Shown in pieces: positions 1-14,699 of a stretch of 64,000 bases of DNA (positions are counted from its first letter, which is position 1; the number at the start of each line of letters is the position of its first letter). This stretch comes from Eledone cirrhosa (lineage: Eukaryota). Below the pieces are notes generated by a model. It had not been told where the DNA came from and did not search any database. It was given only the letters and a program-made list of their open reading frames with translations. The DNA lies in the NCBI GenBank assembly GCA_964016885.1, contig OZ024746.1:17298001-17362000 (forward strand), given 5' to 3'. A program made the translations under genes and the position numbers.

Positions 1-310
1 CCTGCCACCTACACTGCCCTCCTCTCTCTGCTACCTACACTGCTCTCCCCGCCACCTGCCCTCCTCTCCCTGCCACCTACACTGCCCTCCTCTCTCTGCT
101 ACCTACACTGCTCTCCCGGCCACCTGCACTCCTCTCCCTGCCACCTACACTGCCCTCCTCTCCCTGCCACCTACACTGCCCTCCTCTCTCTGCTACCTAC
201 ACTGCTCTCCCTGCCACCTACACTGCCCTCCTCCCTCTGCCACCTACACTGCCCTCCCCGCCACCTGCACTCCTCTCTCTGCTACCTACACTGCCCTCCC
301 TGCCACTTTC
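1..310. repeat. C/T-rich minisatellite, ~27-bp unit (ctgccacctacactgccctcctctctc), truncated by window edge
   Basis: Direct tandem repetition with variants. Confidence 0.9.
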
Positions 311-591
311 ACCCACTGTCTACCCTGCCGTCCCAGCTCTCAATTCTTGGCCCCTTCTCACCAGGATTCTTGCTGATGACACCTCATTCCTGGACCCCCT
401 CTAGTGTAGGACCTGTCTGTGCTACTAGAAAATCTTCAGTGACGTCATTCATTATGAGAGCTACATGTTACTAGTTCCATGGTGTGCTGCCTTAAATGGA
501 ACTAGTAAAAACAAGGGGTCCAGCCAATATTGGAGAAAACTGCTGTAAATCTCAACTTGTTGGACAATGCTGTATGTATGAATGTATATAT

Positions 592-1160
592 ATCATCATC
601 ATCATCATTTTACGTCCGCTTTTCCCTGCTCGCAAGGGTGGGACGGGTCTTATTCAGCACAGCATCTCTCCACTCGTCACGGTCCTTCATCATCTCCACC
701 GTGAGCTTCAGCGATCTGAGGTCTGTTCTCACCACCTCCGCCCATGTTTTTCATGGTCTACCTCTACCACGTCTTCCTTCAACTGGCATTTCCTTGCACT
801 TCTTCACCCATCGGTCATCCTCCATGCGCATCACATGTCCATACCACCTCAGTCTCCTCTCCCGTACACTACATTCTATCCCCCTCAGACACAGTTTCTC
901 TCTCAACACATTCATGCTGGGTCGTTCACGCACATTGACACTGCACATCCAGCGGAGCATACTTGCCTCATTTCTCTCCAGCCGTCACATATCCTCTGCA
1001 GTTGCTGCCCATGTCTCACTACCATGCAGCATCGCGCTCCTCACACAGGCATCATATAACCTCCCTTTCGTACGCAGGGAGAAACCCTCCTTAGTCAGCA
1101 GAGGAAGCAGCTCCCTAAACTTCTTCAAACCCGTCCTTATTCTAGATACTATGGCCTCGT
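592..1160 (-). mobile_element. RTE-clade LINE, 5'-truncated 3' end
   Basis: Minus frame MLRWMC...RERRLRWYGHVMRM...GRRGRGRP is the typical RTE ORF C-terminus; ends in a (GAT)n tail; related copies at 19935-20640 and 47760-48160. Confidence 0.9.
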
Positions 1161-1294
1161 GTGTGTGTGTATTGCTATGATGACATTAACTGTTGTCAGC
1201 AACTACAGTAGCTGTCATAGTTATGAAAGATGATATGATAACTGAGGGTGATAAGAACAAACCTAATTACTGAATATGAAGCAACAACTGCAGC

Positions 1295-2610
1295 ACAATA
1301 CCAGCAATATCATCACCAACACTACTACCAATACCAGCAATATCATCACCAACACTACTACCAATACCAGCAATATCATCACCAACACTACTACCAATAG
1401 CAGCAATATCATCACCAACACTACTACCAATACCAGCAATATCATCACCAACACTACTACCAATACCAGCAATATCATCACCAACACTACTACCAATACC
1501 AGCAATATCATCACCAACACTACTACCAATAGCAGCAATATCATCACCAACACTACTACCAATACCAGCAATATCATCACCAACACTACTTCCAACAGCA
1601 GCAATATCATCACCAACACTACTACCAATACCAGCAATATCATCACCAACACTACTACCAATACCAGCAATATCATCACCAACACTACTACCAATACCAG
1701 CAATATCATCACCAACACTACTACCAATACCAGCAATATCATCACCAACACTACTACCAATACCAGCAATATCATCACCAACACTACTTCCAACAGCAGC
1801 AATATCATCACCAACACTACTACCAATACCAGCAATATCATCACCAACACTACTACCAATACCAGCAATATCATCACCAACACTACTACCAATACCAGCA
1901 ATATCATCACCAACACTACTACCAATAGCAGCAATATCATCACCAACACTACTTCCAACAGCAGCAATATCATCACCAACACTACTACCAATAGCAGCAA
2001 TATCATCACCAACACTACTTCCAACAGCAGCAACATCATCACCAACACTACTACCAATAGCAGCAATATCATCACCAACACTACTTCCAACAGCAGCAAC
2101 ATCATCACCAACACTACTTCCAACAGCAGCAACATCATCACCAACACTACTACCAATAGCAGCAATATCATCACCAACACTACTTCCAACAGCAGCAACA
2201 TCATCACCAACACTACTACCAATAGCAGCAATATCATCACCAACACTACTTCCAACAGCAGCAACATCATCACCAACACTACTACCAATAGCAGCAATAT
2301 CATCACCAACACTACTTCCAACAGCAGCAATATCATCACCAACACTACTACCAATACCAGCAATATCATCACCAACACTACTACCAATAGCAGCAATATC
2401 ATCACCAACACTACTACCAATAGCAGCAATATCATCACCAACACTACTACCAATAGCAGCAATATCATCACCAACACTACTTCCAACAGCAGCAACATCA
2501 TCACCAACACTACTACCAATAGCAGCAATATCATCACCAACACTACTACCAATAGCAGCAATATCATCACCAACACTACTTCCAACAGCAGCAACATCAT
2601 CACCAACAAC
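1295..2610. repeat. 33-bp minisatellite (aatatcatcaccaacactactaccaataccagc), ~40 copies
   Basis: Direct tandem repetition; accounts for the 488/507-aa low-complexity ORFs. Confidence 0.95.
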
Positions 2611-2860
2611 TGCAATACAACCACCAATACTATCATCACCATCATTACCACCACTAATATTATATCAAACAGTAGCGACATTAAGATCACCACCACCACC
2701 ACCATGCACATCTTCACGTGTCCCTTCATTGGTTGGTTGGTGACTATGTTGAAATTTCAAACTTCTTTTCCTCTGTTAATGTTAAGAAGGGAGGGCTAAG
2801 AAGTAAGGGACCCCACATAGAATCATTTTGGGTGTGGTTGTTGTTTAATTTGGTCTGCTA

Positions 2861-3460
2861 CATTACTGTATCTTGCTATCACCATAGATATTCTCACATC
2901 TGTTACTGTATCTTGCTATCACCATAGATATTCTCACATCTGTTACTGTATGTTGCTGTCACCATAGATATTCTCACATCTGTTACTGTATCTTGCTACC
3001 ACCATAGATATTCTCACATCTGTTACTGTATCTTGCTACCACCATAGATATTCTCACATCTGTTACTGTATCTTGCTATCACCATAGATATTCTCACATC
3101 TGTTACTGTATGTTGCTGTCACCATAGATATTCTCACATCTGTTACTATATCTTGCTACCACCATAGATATTCTCACATCTGTTACTGTATCTTGCTATC
3201 ACCATAGATATTCTCACATCTGTTACTGTATGTTGCTGTCACCATAGATATTCTCACATCTGTTACTATATCTTGCTACCACCATAGATATTCTCACATC
3301 TGTTACTGTATGTTGCTGTCACCATAGATATTCTCACATCTGTTACTATATCTTGCTACCACCATAGATATTCTCACATCTGTTACTGTATGTTGCTGTC
3401 ACCATAGATATTCTCACATCTGTTACTATATCTTGCTACCACCATAGATATTCTCACATC
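2861..3460. repeat. 40-bp minisatellite (tgttactgtatcttgctatcaccatagatattctcacatc), ~15 copies
   Basis: Exact 40-bp period. Confidence 0.95.
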
Positions 3461-3675
3461 TAAAATAAACAACCAGTCCAAGGTGATGGCAGTGGCTTGA
3501 TAGAAAAGTTAGAACATTGACTAAAATGTTTTGCACTATCTGTCACAGTTGTTTCTGTTCTGAGTCCCCCCACCCACCCTCGTGATAACACTGGTACCAA
3601 ACTGTATTGGTCCTAGCCTTTCTTCTGTACAACATTATATGGCAGGGTGAGGTGAGACATGCTGCAGCAGCAAAT

Positions 3676-3890
3676 AATGGTTTCTTATATAGGCACAAGG
3701 CCAGCAATTTGAGGGAAGGGGAAAGGCGATTAAATCGACCCCAGTGCGTGACTGGTACTTTACTTTATCAACCTCGTAAGGGTGAAAGGCAAAGTTAACC
3801 TCGGTGGGATTTGAACTCAGATAATAAAGGGCCGTAACTCTGTGCTGCAAAGCATAGCGTCCGACCCTCTACCGATTCTGCCAATCCACC
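3676..3890 (-). mobile_element. tRNA-derived SINE, family A
   Basis: B-box GAGTTCAAATCC plus body ctttgcctttcatccttacggggtcgataaaataaagtaccagt, which recurs roughly 20 times in the window on both strands. Confidence 0.85.
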
Positions 3891-4799
3891 AGCAAATAAT
3901 GATCTTTCATTTTAAAAATAATAATAAAGTTACAAAAAAAACCTTGCCCATACCAGCAAACTGGAGAGAGAGAGAGAGAGAGAGCAACTTGGAGACAAGG
4001 TCAAAACGCTTGATGAGTAGTCTGCTAAAAGCACTCAAGGGTCAAGTGGTGGTGTTTAACTGGATGACAAATTAGGTCTACCATCACAAACATCAAGTTT
4101 ACCACCACAGCATCAAGTCAAGGAAAAGAGATGATAAAGACACGAAATTACAGGCTCATCTCATCTATATAGAGTCTATTAATTGACTATCTGGTGCCAA
4201 AACGAAGTGTTTCTACCAAAACATTGGAAAGAAGGAAAAATAAGACAAATGAAGTCTGTTCAGACGTTTAAAGACTCTAAATAGACATCAGTTTAAACGA
4301 TGCTAGCAAATTAATCGTAGATTAAAATCAGTAATCTTGTCGGTAGCTTTATAATAACAACATTCACCTCCACAACTATTAAGTGTGTGTGTGTATATAT
4401 ATAAACACACACACACACACACATGTGTGTGTATGTTTTGCTAACTGATGTTTATATTTATATATATATATATAATCGGTTAGTTAAACAAAACAAAAAA
4501 ATACGTGCATTATCTAGAATAAACAAGAAAGAGGTTGTGATAGGAACAATCGACTCATTGAAAGATACTTTAGAAGAGCTGGTAGCAAGGTCATCTGTTA
4601 ATGACTTTAATAGAGTTTAGTAATATAAAGTAGTCAGTAGTAAGTCGTTCAGCCACTGAATCAACACGATATTGTTAGGTGTTCAACAGATCTTCATCAT
4701 TAGCAGCTTGATACCTGATGATGATGATCCAGTGTTTTAACTTTGATTTAACGGTTTTTAAAATTTCGTCGTGATGAAAAAATATCATATATATATATA

Positions 4800-4933
4800 C
4801 AGGTAAAATTCCGTTATAACGAATACCATTTTTTAGTATAACGAAATTTTTTTCAATCCTCGGATAAACGCTCAATCGCGTTACCACCAATTTCTTTATA
4901 CTCCGTGAATTTCGTTATAACGAAATTTCACTG
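4800..4933. mobile_element. MITE, Tc1/mariner-pogo type
   Basis: TIRs CAGGTAAAATTCCGTTATAACGAA / TTCGTTATAACGAAATTTCACTG flanked by TA on both sides. Confidence 0.75.
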
Positions 4934-4950
4934 TATTATGTATGTATGTA

Positions 4951-5034
<84 letters not shown>

Positions 5035-5676
5035 ACCGAGATAAAGCAATAGCTTGAAACTTCAAAGTCACCGTCACTTTTTCTCTTCATTGAATCTTAC
5101 TTACACTTTGCTTACATATATTGAGTGCGCATTCAGTTAATTATTTAATATTTAATAATTATTTAATAACGAAACACGTGTGTGTGAGTGTATACACACG
5201 CACACAAGTATTTCGTTGATAATAAATACGTTATTATAAAATGTTAGACAGGGGAAAACTGATTTAAAATTATAAATACATCGATGTATATCAATACATT
5301 ATTCCTATTCCGATGTCACTGGCACCTTTTTCTTCTAAAAATATAACCTCATATGTAGTGAGTGTTCATTCAGATATATATACATATAGTAAAATTAATA
5401 AGAAATGCAGTACATTTTTAACGGATTTTTAATTTTTACCTGAAACTTGATCAATAAAAATCAAATTTAAAATTCATAAGATAAAATAAATATTTACAAA
5501 AAAAAGTTGAGTGTAAAAGTTAATGAGTCATTCAATGGTAGAAGTTTTTAACTTTCATGAAGTTATGAAACCTGTTTTTTTTTTAATATATCAAATTATT
5601 TAATAAATTTGAGCGAGCGTATTTGGAATTCGTAACATATACATATAAACTGTAAAATCCGTTTCTATATTAAATA

Positions 5677-5851
5677 ATTGTTTCTAATTTTGGCACAAGG
5701 CCCGCAATAACTCAGTACATTACTGGTACTTTATTTTATCGACCCCGTAAGGATGAAAGGCAAAGTTAACCTCGACGGGATTTGAACTCAGACCGTAAAG
5801 AAACGTAACTATGCTAGAAAGCATAGCGTCCAACCCTCTACCGATACTGCC
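5677..5851 (-). mobile_element. SINE family A
   Basis: Same B-box and body as 3676-3890. Confidence 0.85.
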
Positions 5852-5916
5852 AGATGTTTACACTATTAATGTATTGAGTACCCTTTTTCACTGTGGATCT
5901 ATTTCACTCAGGATCT

Positions 5917-5959
<43 letters not shown>

Positions 5960-8074
5960 TCTGGAATTAGCTGTTAAAACGGCAAGAGCTCAGCCGTCGT
6001 GTCCCAACCCTTTTTAAAATAGCCATACTCTACTATCCCAAGTATCGAGTACTCCGTTGAGTAATGGTCTAACTAGTTTAAAACTGGTTCTATCCTTTAT
6101 ATATATAAATATAAACTGTTGAACCCTCATACGTCGATATAGGACGGGAGATTTGGGATAAATATTTTAAAATTACAGAATTGCGATTTTAGGTAAGAAT
6201 TTTTTTTTAAAAGTCGACACCATAATTGGCCCCAAATATTTTACAAGATGATAAATTAGTAGCAATTAAGAAAACCCTCGCATCATTTGAATATGCAAAC
6301 CACGCATTTAGGCACTTAATTGGGTTTTAATTAAATGTATTCATGTACAAAAATAATTGTCCATTGATAGAAAATTCATAATGACAAATCTAAATAATTT
6401 AATCCAGTTTTTTTATTGAATTAAAAACAAACATAACACAGAATTAAAAGGCATCAGAAGTTGGGAGAAATTTGTTTTAAAATAAATATAAAGGCACAAA
6501 GATCGTTAAAAAAAAATTAATTGTGGCAAAAAAAAGGTGTTAAAGGTTTGGGTTGACATTAATTTAACTTACATAGAAGGAACATTGAAGTTCTAAATGC
6601 TACTTCTTTATCCAGGCATAAAATATTGTTTCTAGTTCAACAGATGACTCACGACTGATGTCAAGTTTGAAAGTGGCGCCGTTTTAGATCCGTTGTTGCT
6701 GTTGTAATTGTTGTAGTTGTTGTTGTAGTAGTAATTGTTATTTAGTTTCTGCAGTGACAGGAGACAGATTAAACAGACATACATAGACAGATACTGACAT
6801 TAAATCTCGCCGATCTTCTTGCTGTAATTAAATTAACAGGTACTCGCCAGTAAAGGAGGGGGACTTTAAGGTACGCCGTCGTTTGACCCGTTAGAAATAG
6901 CAACCACATTCACTATTGTCTTTAAAATGGAAAGAAACGTTCTATATCTAAGATATAGAACAAGACGTGGTGGTTATGGCTAGAGCGCTTTTAGTCATAG
7001 ATTTACATCTTGGGCTATACAACAACTCAAGTTCCTTAAGGAAATTTCCACGGAATTTCTATAGGATAGATTTTGAAACATTTTAAAATTATTATTGTTA
7101 TTTTCTTTTTTGTTGTAGATTGTTTAAAATTTGATTATTCTCCATTGCAAGAATATATGCGATATTTTTTTAACGTTTATTTTATTTATTATTTTATTAT
7201 TTTTTTTTTTTTTAAGATTTAAAAGTTTCGGAATGACATTAAATAACGAATTCCCACTCTAATTACTGTTGAGTTGTTTTTATTGGCTTGTTTCTTATGT
7301 GAACCATATTCAGTAGATAAACTATGTTTATCAATAAAGAATGTACTGAGAACTCCAAGCTGGTCCATTGATAAAACTAGTGACATATATCCTTTATAGC
7401 ATTGTCTTTCGTCCTTCTGGAGTCGATTATATAAATACTTAGCTAGGGGGTGGACCCTATTATTGAATCGTCTAGCCCTTCCCCCCAAATTTATCACTAT
7501 GGTTTGGTGCTACAGTACCAGTCAAATACTGAGGACAGGGTGTTAGATATAATCGACTTTCCCTTCTCCCTAAAAATTGTTGGTCCTGATCCAAAAGTAG
7601 AAACCATTATTATTAATATTATTACCATTTTATTACTGTTGCACTGGGTCGATTTAATTGCCCCCCCCCCCACACACACACACTTTTCCTTTCAAATTGC
7701 TGGCCTTGTGCCAAAAGTAGGAACAATTATTATTTGATTGCAGATAATTTTAGAATTTGAACGGTTACGCTTTTTAAATTAGGCGTTTATGCAGCCACTA
7801 TCATCATCATCACCATCATCACTACCACTATTGCTATGAGTTGTGGAAAAGTCAATAAAGTTAGTGAGCAGTAGGTAGACAGGGGAATTAGTGTGAGAGA
7901 GTATATGTGTGTATGTGTACAGACATAACGGATTTCGGAGGAAATGCTATTTAAATTTAAATAAGCAACCAATATAAGAAAGCGAGGGAATATGTCTAGA
8001 ATTAAATGGTCTGTAAATTAGTGTAGGAGGAATTCTCTGTTTTGAGTTAAATAATACAACAACAACAACAATAA

Positions 8075-8240
8075 TAATTGTTTCTACTTTAGTTACAAGG
8101 CCAGCAATACTCAATGCATTACTGGTACTTTATTTTATCGACCCCGTAAGGATGAAAGGTAAAGTCAACCTCGGCGGGATTTGAACTCGGATCGTAAAGG
8201 GACGTAACTATGCTGAAAAGCATGGCGTCCGACCCGCTTG
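8075..8240 (-). mobile_element. SINE family A
   Basis: Same B-box and body. Confidence 0.85.
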
Positions 8241-9439
8241 AAAACTCAATACCGAAGTAGAGTTTAAATATTCATTTATTATGGCTAAGCCTTGTTGCTC
8301 TGGAGCCTCACCTATGTACTCACCATACAAGGCAGATGATCCTGTGAGTGTGCAGGTGAATCATTAGAGTAACTAAGCTCACCAATAGCTATAATAAATG
8401 AATGTATATATTATATACCAGTTTCTTACCAATGCAGAGCATAATTTTTTAAAATTATATATATATACAGTGACGGTGGAACTGAGGTGGGGGTGCCCCC
8501 TTCCAATAATTATATTTTCTCCCCAAACTACCAAAACACACATCTATTTGGTTATGCGTTACAATTTATATACATATGTATATCGCATGTCAACGTTTTC
8601 TGACCATTTTAGAGAGCTAAACTAATCGCTACAACTAAATTGTCCAAATTTGCCCCAATTCAGAAATGCTTCCATCGCCCCTGTTGTATGGACCCGTAAC
8701 TTTTATGGAGTCATAGAGGCACTTTAGTGACAAACGGGAGCCCTTCTCTTCTCTAGGTCTGGACACAGAGAAGGTTAGCCAGTGATTCAGAGAAGTCAGA
8801 AAGAATAGAGGAAGAATCGATCCCAATACTCGACTGGTATCGACCTCAAAAGGTTGAAAGGCAAAGTTGACTTTAACAGGTTAATCTTATACCCTTCTTC
8901 TCAAACTATTGGCTTTGTGCCGAAAGTAGAAATCATTACTTGGTATGAAGTCATTTGAGGGAGATTTGGATACTGTCAACTGACCATGTAGAGATACTTT
9001 CATTGGCTCTCATAGTGTATTAGAAAGTAAAGGTTTGCACAAAGGTTAGATGGAGTTCTGTGGTTGCGATCTCAAAGTATTTGTAGACTGTAGTAATATT
9101 GTTCCAGATATATGAGCAGTACTGTAATATAGGGCACGCGTATATCTTGTATCTTACATCATGGTAGCAGCTGTTGTTTATAGTAATAGAACTATTTTTT
9201 CAGCCATGAATAGGAAACACGATCTTTGGTATGTTTGAAAGCCAAGCCTGTGGGTTGTCACAAAATGTTAACTGAGATTGTGAAACATAACATTTCATTA
9301 AAGAAGTTCTACCTAACCTTTTGACCAAACACCTACGTAAAATACTTAAGTACAAACTACCACCCTCATCTTTTATTCTTGTGTAATATAAGGTTGTAGC
9401 TGTAATGAAATTGAAAATATATTTAATGTTTGAGCACAA

Positions 9440-9590
9440 CCATATGGCGTTGTGGTAAGGGTTCGATTCCAGGAATGGGTTGTGTGTTGTGTTCTTCAGC
9501 AAAACACTTCATTTCACGTTGCTCCAGTATACTCAGCTGAAAATGAGTACCAGCCACAGCTGGGAGTTTAACACTGCGATGGACTGGCCT
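9440..9590 (+). mobile_element. CORE-type SINE (family B relative), diverged
   Basis: tRNA-like head (ggttcgattcc) then gttcttcagcaaaacacttcatttcacgttgctccagtatactcagctg; inverted relative at ~45020-45170. Confidence 0.7.
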
Positions 9591-9747
9591 GATCAGTCTC
9601 TGGGCGCAGCACAGACTTTAGACTTAGGCATGGCTGTGTCTAACTCTGTGAGGTTAAGAAATTTGGTCCAGAACCACGTGGTTTTAGGTTCAATCCCACT
9701 GCATGGCATTTTAGACATGTTTCCTACTGAAACCTTGGATTGATGTC

Positions 9748-10220
9748 TTGGTATGGATGGTATTGACGGTATGGTTGGTATTGACGGTATGGATGGTATT
9801 GACGGTATGGTATTGATGGTATTGACGGTATGGTATTGATGTTATTGATGTTATGGACGGTATGGTATTGACGGGATGGTATGGATGGTATGGTATTGAT
9901 GGTAATGATGGTTTTGATGGTAATGATGGTATGGTATGGTATTGATGGTATGGATGGTATTGATGGTAATTATGGTATTGATGGTATGGATGGTATGGTA
10001 ATGATGGTAATGATGGTATGGTATAGTATTGATGGTATGGATGGTATGGATGATATTGATGGTATGGATTGATGGTATGGATGGTATGGTATGGTATGGA
10101 TGATATGGTATGGATGGTATTGATGATATGGATGGTATTGTACTGATGGGATGGTTGGTATTGATGATATGGTATTAATGGTATGGATGGTATGGATGGA
10201 ATGGTATTGATGGTATGGCA
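9748..10220. repeat. Degenerate simple repeat (ggtatggatggtattgat)n
   Basis: Direct reading. Confidence 0.9.
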
Positions 10221-10584
10221 CCTGATTGATTAGTAGAATGTTACGGAGATCTTGGGTGAGTCAACCAGAGAAAACAAATAATTTATGACAAAAAATATGA
10301 GAACAACATAAGCTCCACCTTCAAAATTCTAACCAAACTTATCAACCAACTATCCTTGAAATTTATGTTTTTACTATTACATCCATCTTGGAGACACGGA
10401 TGTTAAAGTAAAAAATGACCAAAGAAGAACTACAATGTCCATGATTTCTTGGCCTCTAAGACTGGTAAAGAGGGGAGAAGAAAGGTATCTTCAAATCATA
10501 GCAGAGTCTACTAAAAGTACATAAGGGCAAAGTGGTAGTGTAGCTAGGGTGGGGCAACAAATTCAAGTGTTACTCCAGATGACA

Positions 10585-11150
10585 CACACTCTAGTGACCC
10601 CACTGTGGTGATAAACTGGTGAATATATTAACCCATTACAATATGGCACACGCTCTAGTGACCCCCACTGTGGTGATAAACTGGTGAATATATTAACCAA
10701 TTACAATATGGCACACGCTCTAGTGACCCCACTGTGGTGATAAACTGGTGAATATATTAACCCATTACAATATGGCACACGCTCTAGTGACCCCTACTGT
10801 GGTGATAAACTGGTGAATATATTAACCCATTACAATATGGCACACGCTCTAGTGACCCCCACTGTGGTGATAAACTGGTGAATATATTAACCCATTACAA
10901 TATGGCACACGCTCTAGTGACCCCCACTGTGGTGATAAACTGGTGAATATATTAACCTATTACAATATGGCACACACTCTAGTGACCCCACTGTGGTGAT
11001 AAACTGGTGAATATATTAACCTATTACAATATGACACACACTCTAGTGACCCCACTGTGGTGATAAACTGGTGAATATATTAACCTATTACAATATGGCA
11101 CACACTCTAGTGACCCCCATTTTGGTGTTAAACTGATCAACATATTAACT
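10585..11150. repeat. 64-65-bp minisatellite (ctctagtgacccccactgtggtgataaactggtgaatatattaacccattacaatatggcacacg), ~9 copies
   Basis: Near-identical adjacent units, no spacers. Confidence 0.95.
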
Positions 11151-11564
11151 CATTTGTTACAATATTCCTACTGAAATACATTACCTATGGTTTGTAATCA
11201 GGGGCTATGTACTTCATACCATTTCTTATGGTCTCCTACAAGCTAGAATATAGTTATTACCTTCATTACTGCAGCAGACCAACATATTAAGCCATGCATT
11301 AGTCTTAATCTTTGTCTGCCTCTACTTTTTCTCTGTCATCTGTCTTGTTGTTACCAGATGTTCCACGGAACACTCTTCCTATTACATGTCCAAAGAATTT
11401 TGTTTGTTGATGGTGTTCAGTAATTTTCGAAGACAGGTGTAATAATTTTAAGGATAGTAAGTTGATAGGTTTGATTAGAATTTTGAACGTGAAATTGTTT
11501 TTCCTGTGATTTTTTTATGTCTTGAATGAGTCTTGCCTTCAAAACCGTCGTAAATTACTCATTT

Positions 11565-11905
11565 TCTGTGGTTCTCCCAACTTCACTCGAGAACTCCATA
11601 ACACCCGTCAGTGGTTCTCCCACAAAGAACACCATAATACTCGTCTGTGGCTCTCCAACCCGAGAAAACCATAACAACTGTCTGTGGTTCTCCCACCGAG
11701 AACTCCATAACACCCGTCTGTGGCTCACCAACCCGAGAACTCCATAACAACTCTCAGTGGATCCCTCACTTGAGGACTCCATAATAGCCGCCTATGGTTC
11801 ACCCACCCGAGTACTCTACAACAACCGTCAGTGGTTCCTCCACCCCAAAACCTCATAATACCGATGTGTGGTTCCCCCACCCAAGTACTCCACAACAACT
11901 GCCCC
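11565..11905. repeat. Diverged ~37-bp tandem repeat (gtggttctcccacccgagaactccataacacccgtca), ~9 copies
   Basis: Recurrent gtggttc...gagaactccataac motif. Confidence 0.8.
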
Positions 11906-12345
11906 CTAGTTGGGTATAACGGTAAAAAGAAATTCCGAATATTCTTTTTGTTTTCGCTATATCTAACAATTCTCAATATATGACGGAGTTTAGAAGATGA
12001 GGAACCTCTATTGGTGTTACACCGAAATCAATTGTAATTTCCCATCGAAAAGATTTCTTTCCGCCAGATTCAAAACAAAACTTCAACTTGTCTGTTCATG
12101 TATTTCTCGACAAAGTTTGGAGTTATTAACTTCTTATTTACCAACTATTACAAATTTAAAGCAAATAGTGAGTTTATTGTCTTTTCTGCAGCCACTATTT
12201 TTATGTACTCCTGTCAACATTTAATATTTAATGTGAAATGTTTGTTTTTATATTTATTTATATATAAATATATGAAACTGTTTTGAAAGTTCGTTGAAAG
12301 GAAATGTTTTTTCGCTTCGGATTTCCTCACTGGTGTATTTATGAT

Positions 12346-12414
<69 letters not shown>

Positions 12415-12567
12415 ATCATCATCCTTTGAGTGCGTAGGTGAAACTCCAGAGTAACAAGGCTCACCACTTAGCCATAATAAATAAATATTTAAATAACTCC
12501 GGTGTTGAGTACTCATTCCCACGTCCGTCAGTAATTCACGGATATATATATATATATATGTGTGTGT

Positions 12568-12625
<58 letters not shown>

Positions 12626-13282
12626 GTGTGTCCTGTCTCTGTTTAATTGTACTTTTTGTTTATGTCCCATAACTTAGTGATTCGACAAATAGAGATCGAT
12701 TAAATGAAACGAGTATCAGACTTTTTTAAAATAACTGCTATACAAATATTACTTATTAAGCAATATTATTTAAGTCTGAACCACTAAATTTTATTGAACC
12801 CTCTTTCTTATGTCTGAAACATAAACGTCACATCCTTACGGGGTCGATAAAATAAAGTACCAGTAATGCACTGGGTAATTGCTGGCCTTGTGCCCAAAGT
12901 AGAAACAATTATTTGACTGTTACTGCAGGCAACCACCACAATCATCATTCCACTCTAGTATCAGGCGGCCATCCTATACTCATCATCTATTCGACCTCAG
13001 TAGCAGACTGTTACCATCGTCACCATCATTATCATCACCACCACTACTACTAACACCACGATCATCATCATTATCACCGCACCACCACCATCATCATCAT
13101 CACCCTATCAACTGCAGTGTCTGACAGCCATATTTACTGTCCCGTTGCAGATTAACTAATAAGCTTTAGTCATTTGATTGGCTAATTGGCCCTAGCCATC
13201 AGTAAGATTTGAATCTCTAGGGAAGATTTCAACTCAGAACACAAAATACCAGAACAAATACCACAAGGTATTTCTTCTGAAC

Positions 13283-13897
13283 TTGCTCAGAACATTGACC
13301 GCCTGGAAACTGTTCAGAGACGTGCAACCAAGCGAAAACCCTCCATCAGGCATCTACCATACTCTGAGCGCCTTGCTTCCCTGGGCTTGGATACATTGAA
13401 GCTCCAACGCCTGGCAACTGACTTGGTAAACACCCACAAAATTGTTAACCATCTTGCCAACAACAACCCTGAGTACCTTTTTGATTTCCATGTGTCTAAC
13501 ACACGTGGACATGCCAACAAAGTCAGAAAACAGCACAGCTCCCATGACTTTCGGAAACATTTTTTCACGCTCAGAGTTGCTGAAGCATGGAACAAACTAC
13601 CTGCATCAGTTGTTAGCTGTCGAGACACTGCATCCTTTAAGGCCTCCATGGAACAAACTACCTGCATCAGTTGTTAGCTGTTGAGACACTGCATCCTTTA
13701 AGGCCTCCATGCTTCCCGAGATCCGCCAACACTACAGCTAATGTTCTGCCTCCATACACATACACACATGTATACCATGACTCATACACTATTCACTTCC
13801 CTGACATTTGTGTATTATTCTGTGTACTATACATACACCTTTGACGAGTTGTAGTGCACCTGAGCACTTTACTCAATAATTTCATTATTATTATTAT
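13283..13897 (+). mobile_element. CR1-like LINE, 3' fragment
   Basis: Encodes ETVQRRATK...TRGHANK...FFTLRVAEAWNKLP; (ATT)n tail; homologous to 54773-55965. Confidence 0.9.
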
Positions 13898-14515
13898 TCT
13901 GACACTCTACCAATTCTTTCACTCCACTGTCTTGAACCTAGTATTATAGTTTATCAACCGTTGAAAGTACATGAGGTAAAGCTGACATTGGAAGGGTTTG
14001 AAAGCACAACACACAGAACCAGAAGTACCACAAGCTATTCTATCTGATGTGATACTCTAACAACTTTGACGTTTCTGAAGTCACTAATTATTGCTCTAAT
14101 CATTGCACTAATTATTGCACTAACTATCACGCTAATTAACCACCATGGACAGCTACTTTATTTTCTCACCCACTGAAAAGATGAAAGTTAACCTCAGTGG
14201 GATTTGAACCCAGAACTCAGAGAACAGGAAAAAATACCACAAGATATTCTATCTGATGCTCTAATGACTTCTGATGACTAAATATTTTAATTACTTTGTA
14301 ATTAAAATGCTAATTATTACATTTTGTATAAACATTGTCATACACCATTACTCCTTTCATTACCATATTTCCAATGAAACACACTGCCTATGTCATTAAC
14401 TCTCCCATTACCATATTTCTAATGAAAGACACTGCCTATGTCATTTCCCCTTTCATTATCATATTTCTAATGAAACATACTGCCTATTTCATTAACCCTT
14501 TCATTACTATATTTC

Positions 14516-14699
14516 TAATGTTTTACCCTGTATATTTCAACATGGTATTTCAGGGCTATTACCCTCTTTTCAAATGTAAAACAAAAATGGTTCAAAACAC
14601 ATTGATCATTTGTTTTGTTTTGGGCCATTTTCATTTCACATTTGAAAAGAGGGTAATAGCCCCAAAATACCATGTTGAAATATACTGGGTAAAACATTA
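14516..14699. mobile_element. Palindromic (fold-back) element, probable MITE
   Basis: taatgttttaccctgtatatttcaacatggtattt... is mirrored by ...aaaataccatgttgaaatatactgggtaaaacatta; ~80-bp imperfect arms. Confidence 0.7.

Noticed and set aside
1263-2799. 488-aa and 507-aa ORFs (mucin-like NIITNTTTNTS)
   Set aside because: Open on both strands only because the 33-bp unit lacks stops in those frames; no unique domain or splice context
7219-7497. 92-aa minus ORF; another frame has FINGPA, faintly like a Helitron/PIF1 Walker A region
   Set aside because: No GKT and no further motifs; cannot be supported without a search
10585-11905. CRISPR-like arrays
   Set aside because: Units are contiguous with no unique spacers, there are no cas genes, and the context is eukaryotic
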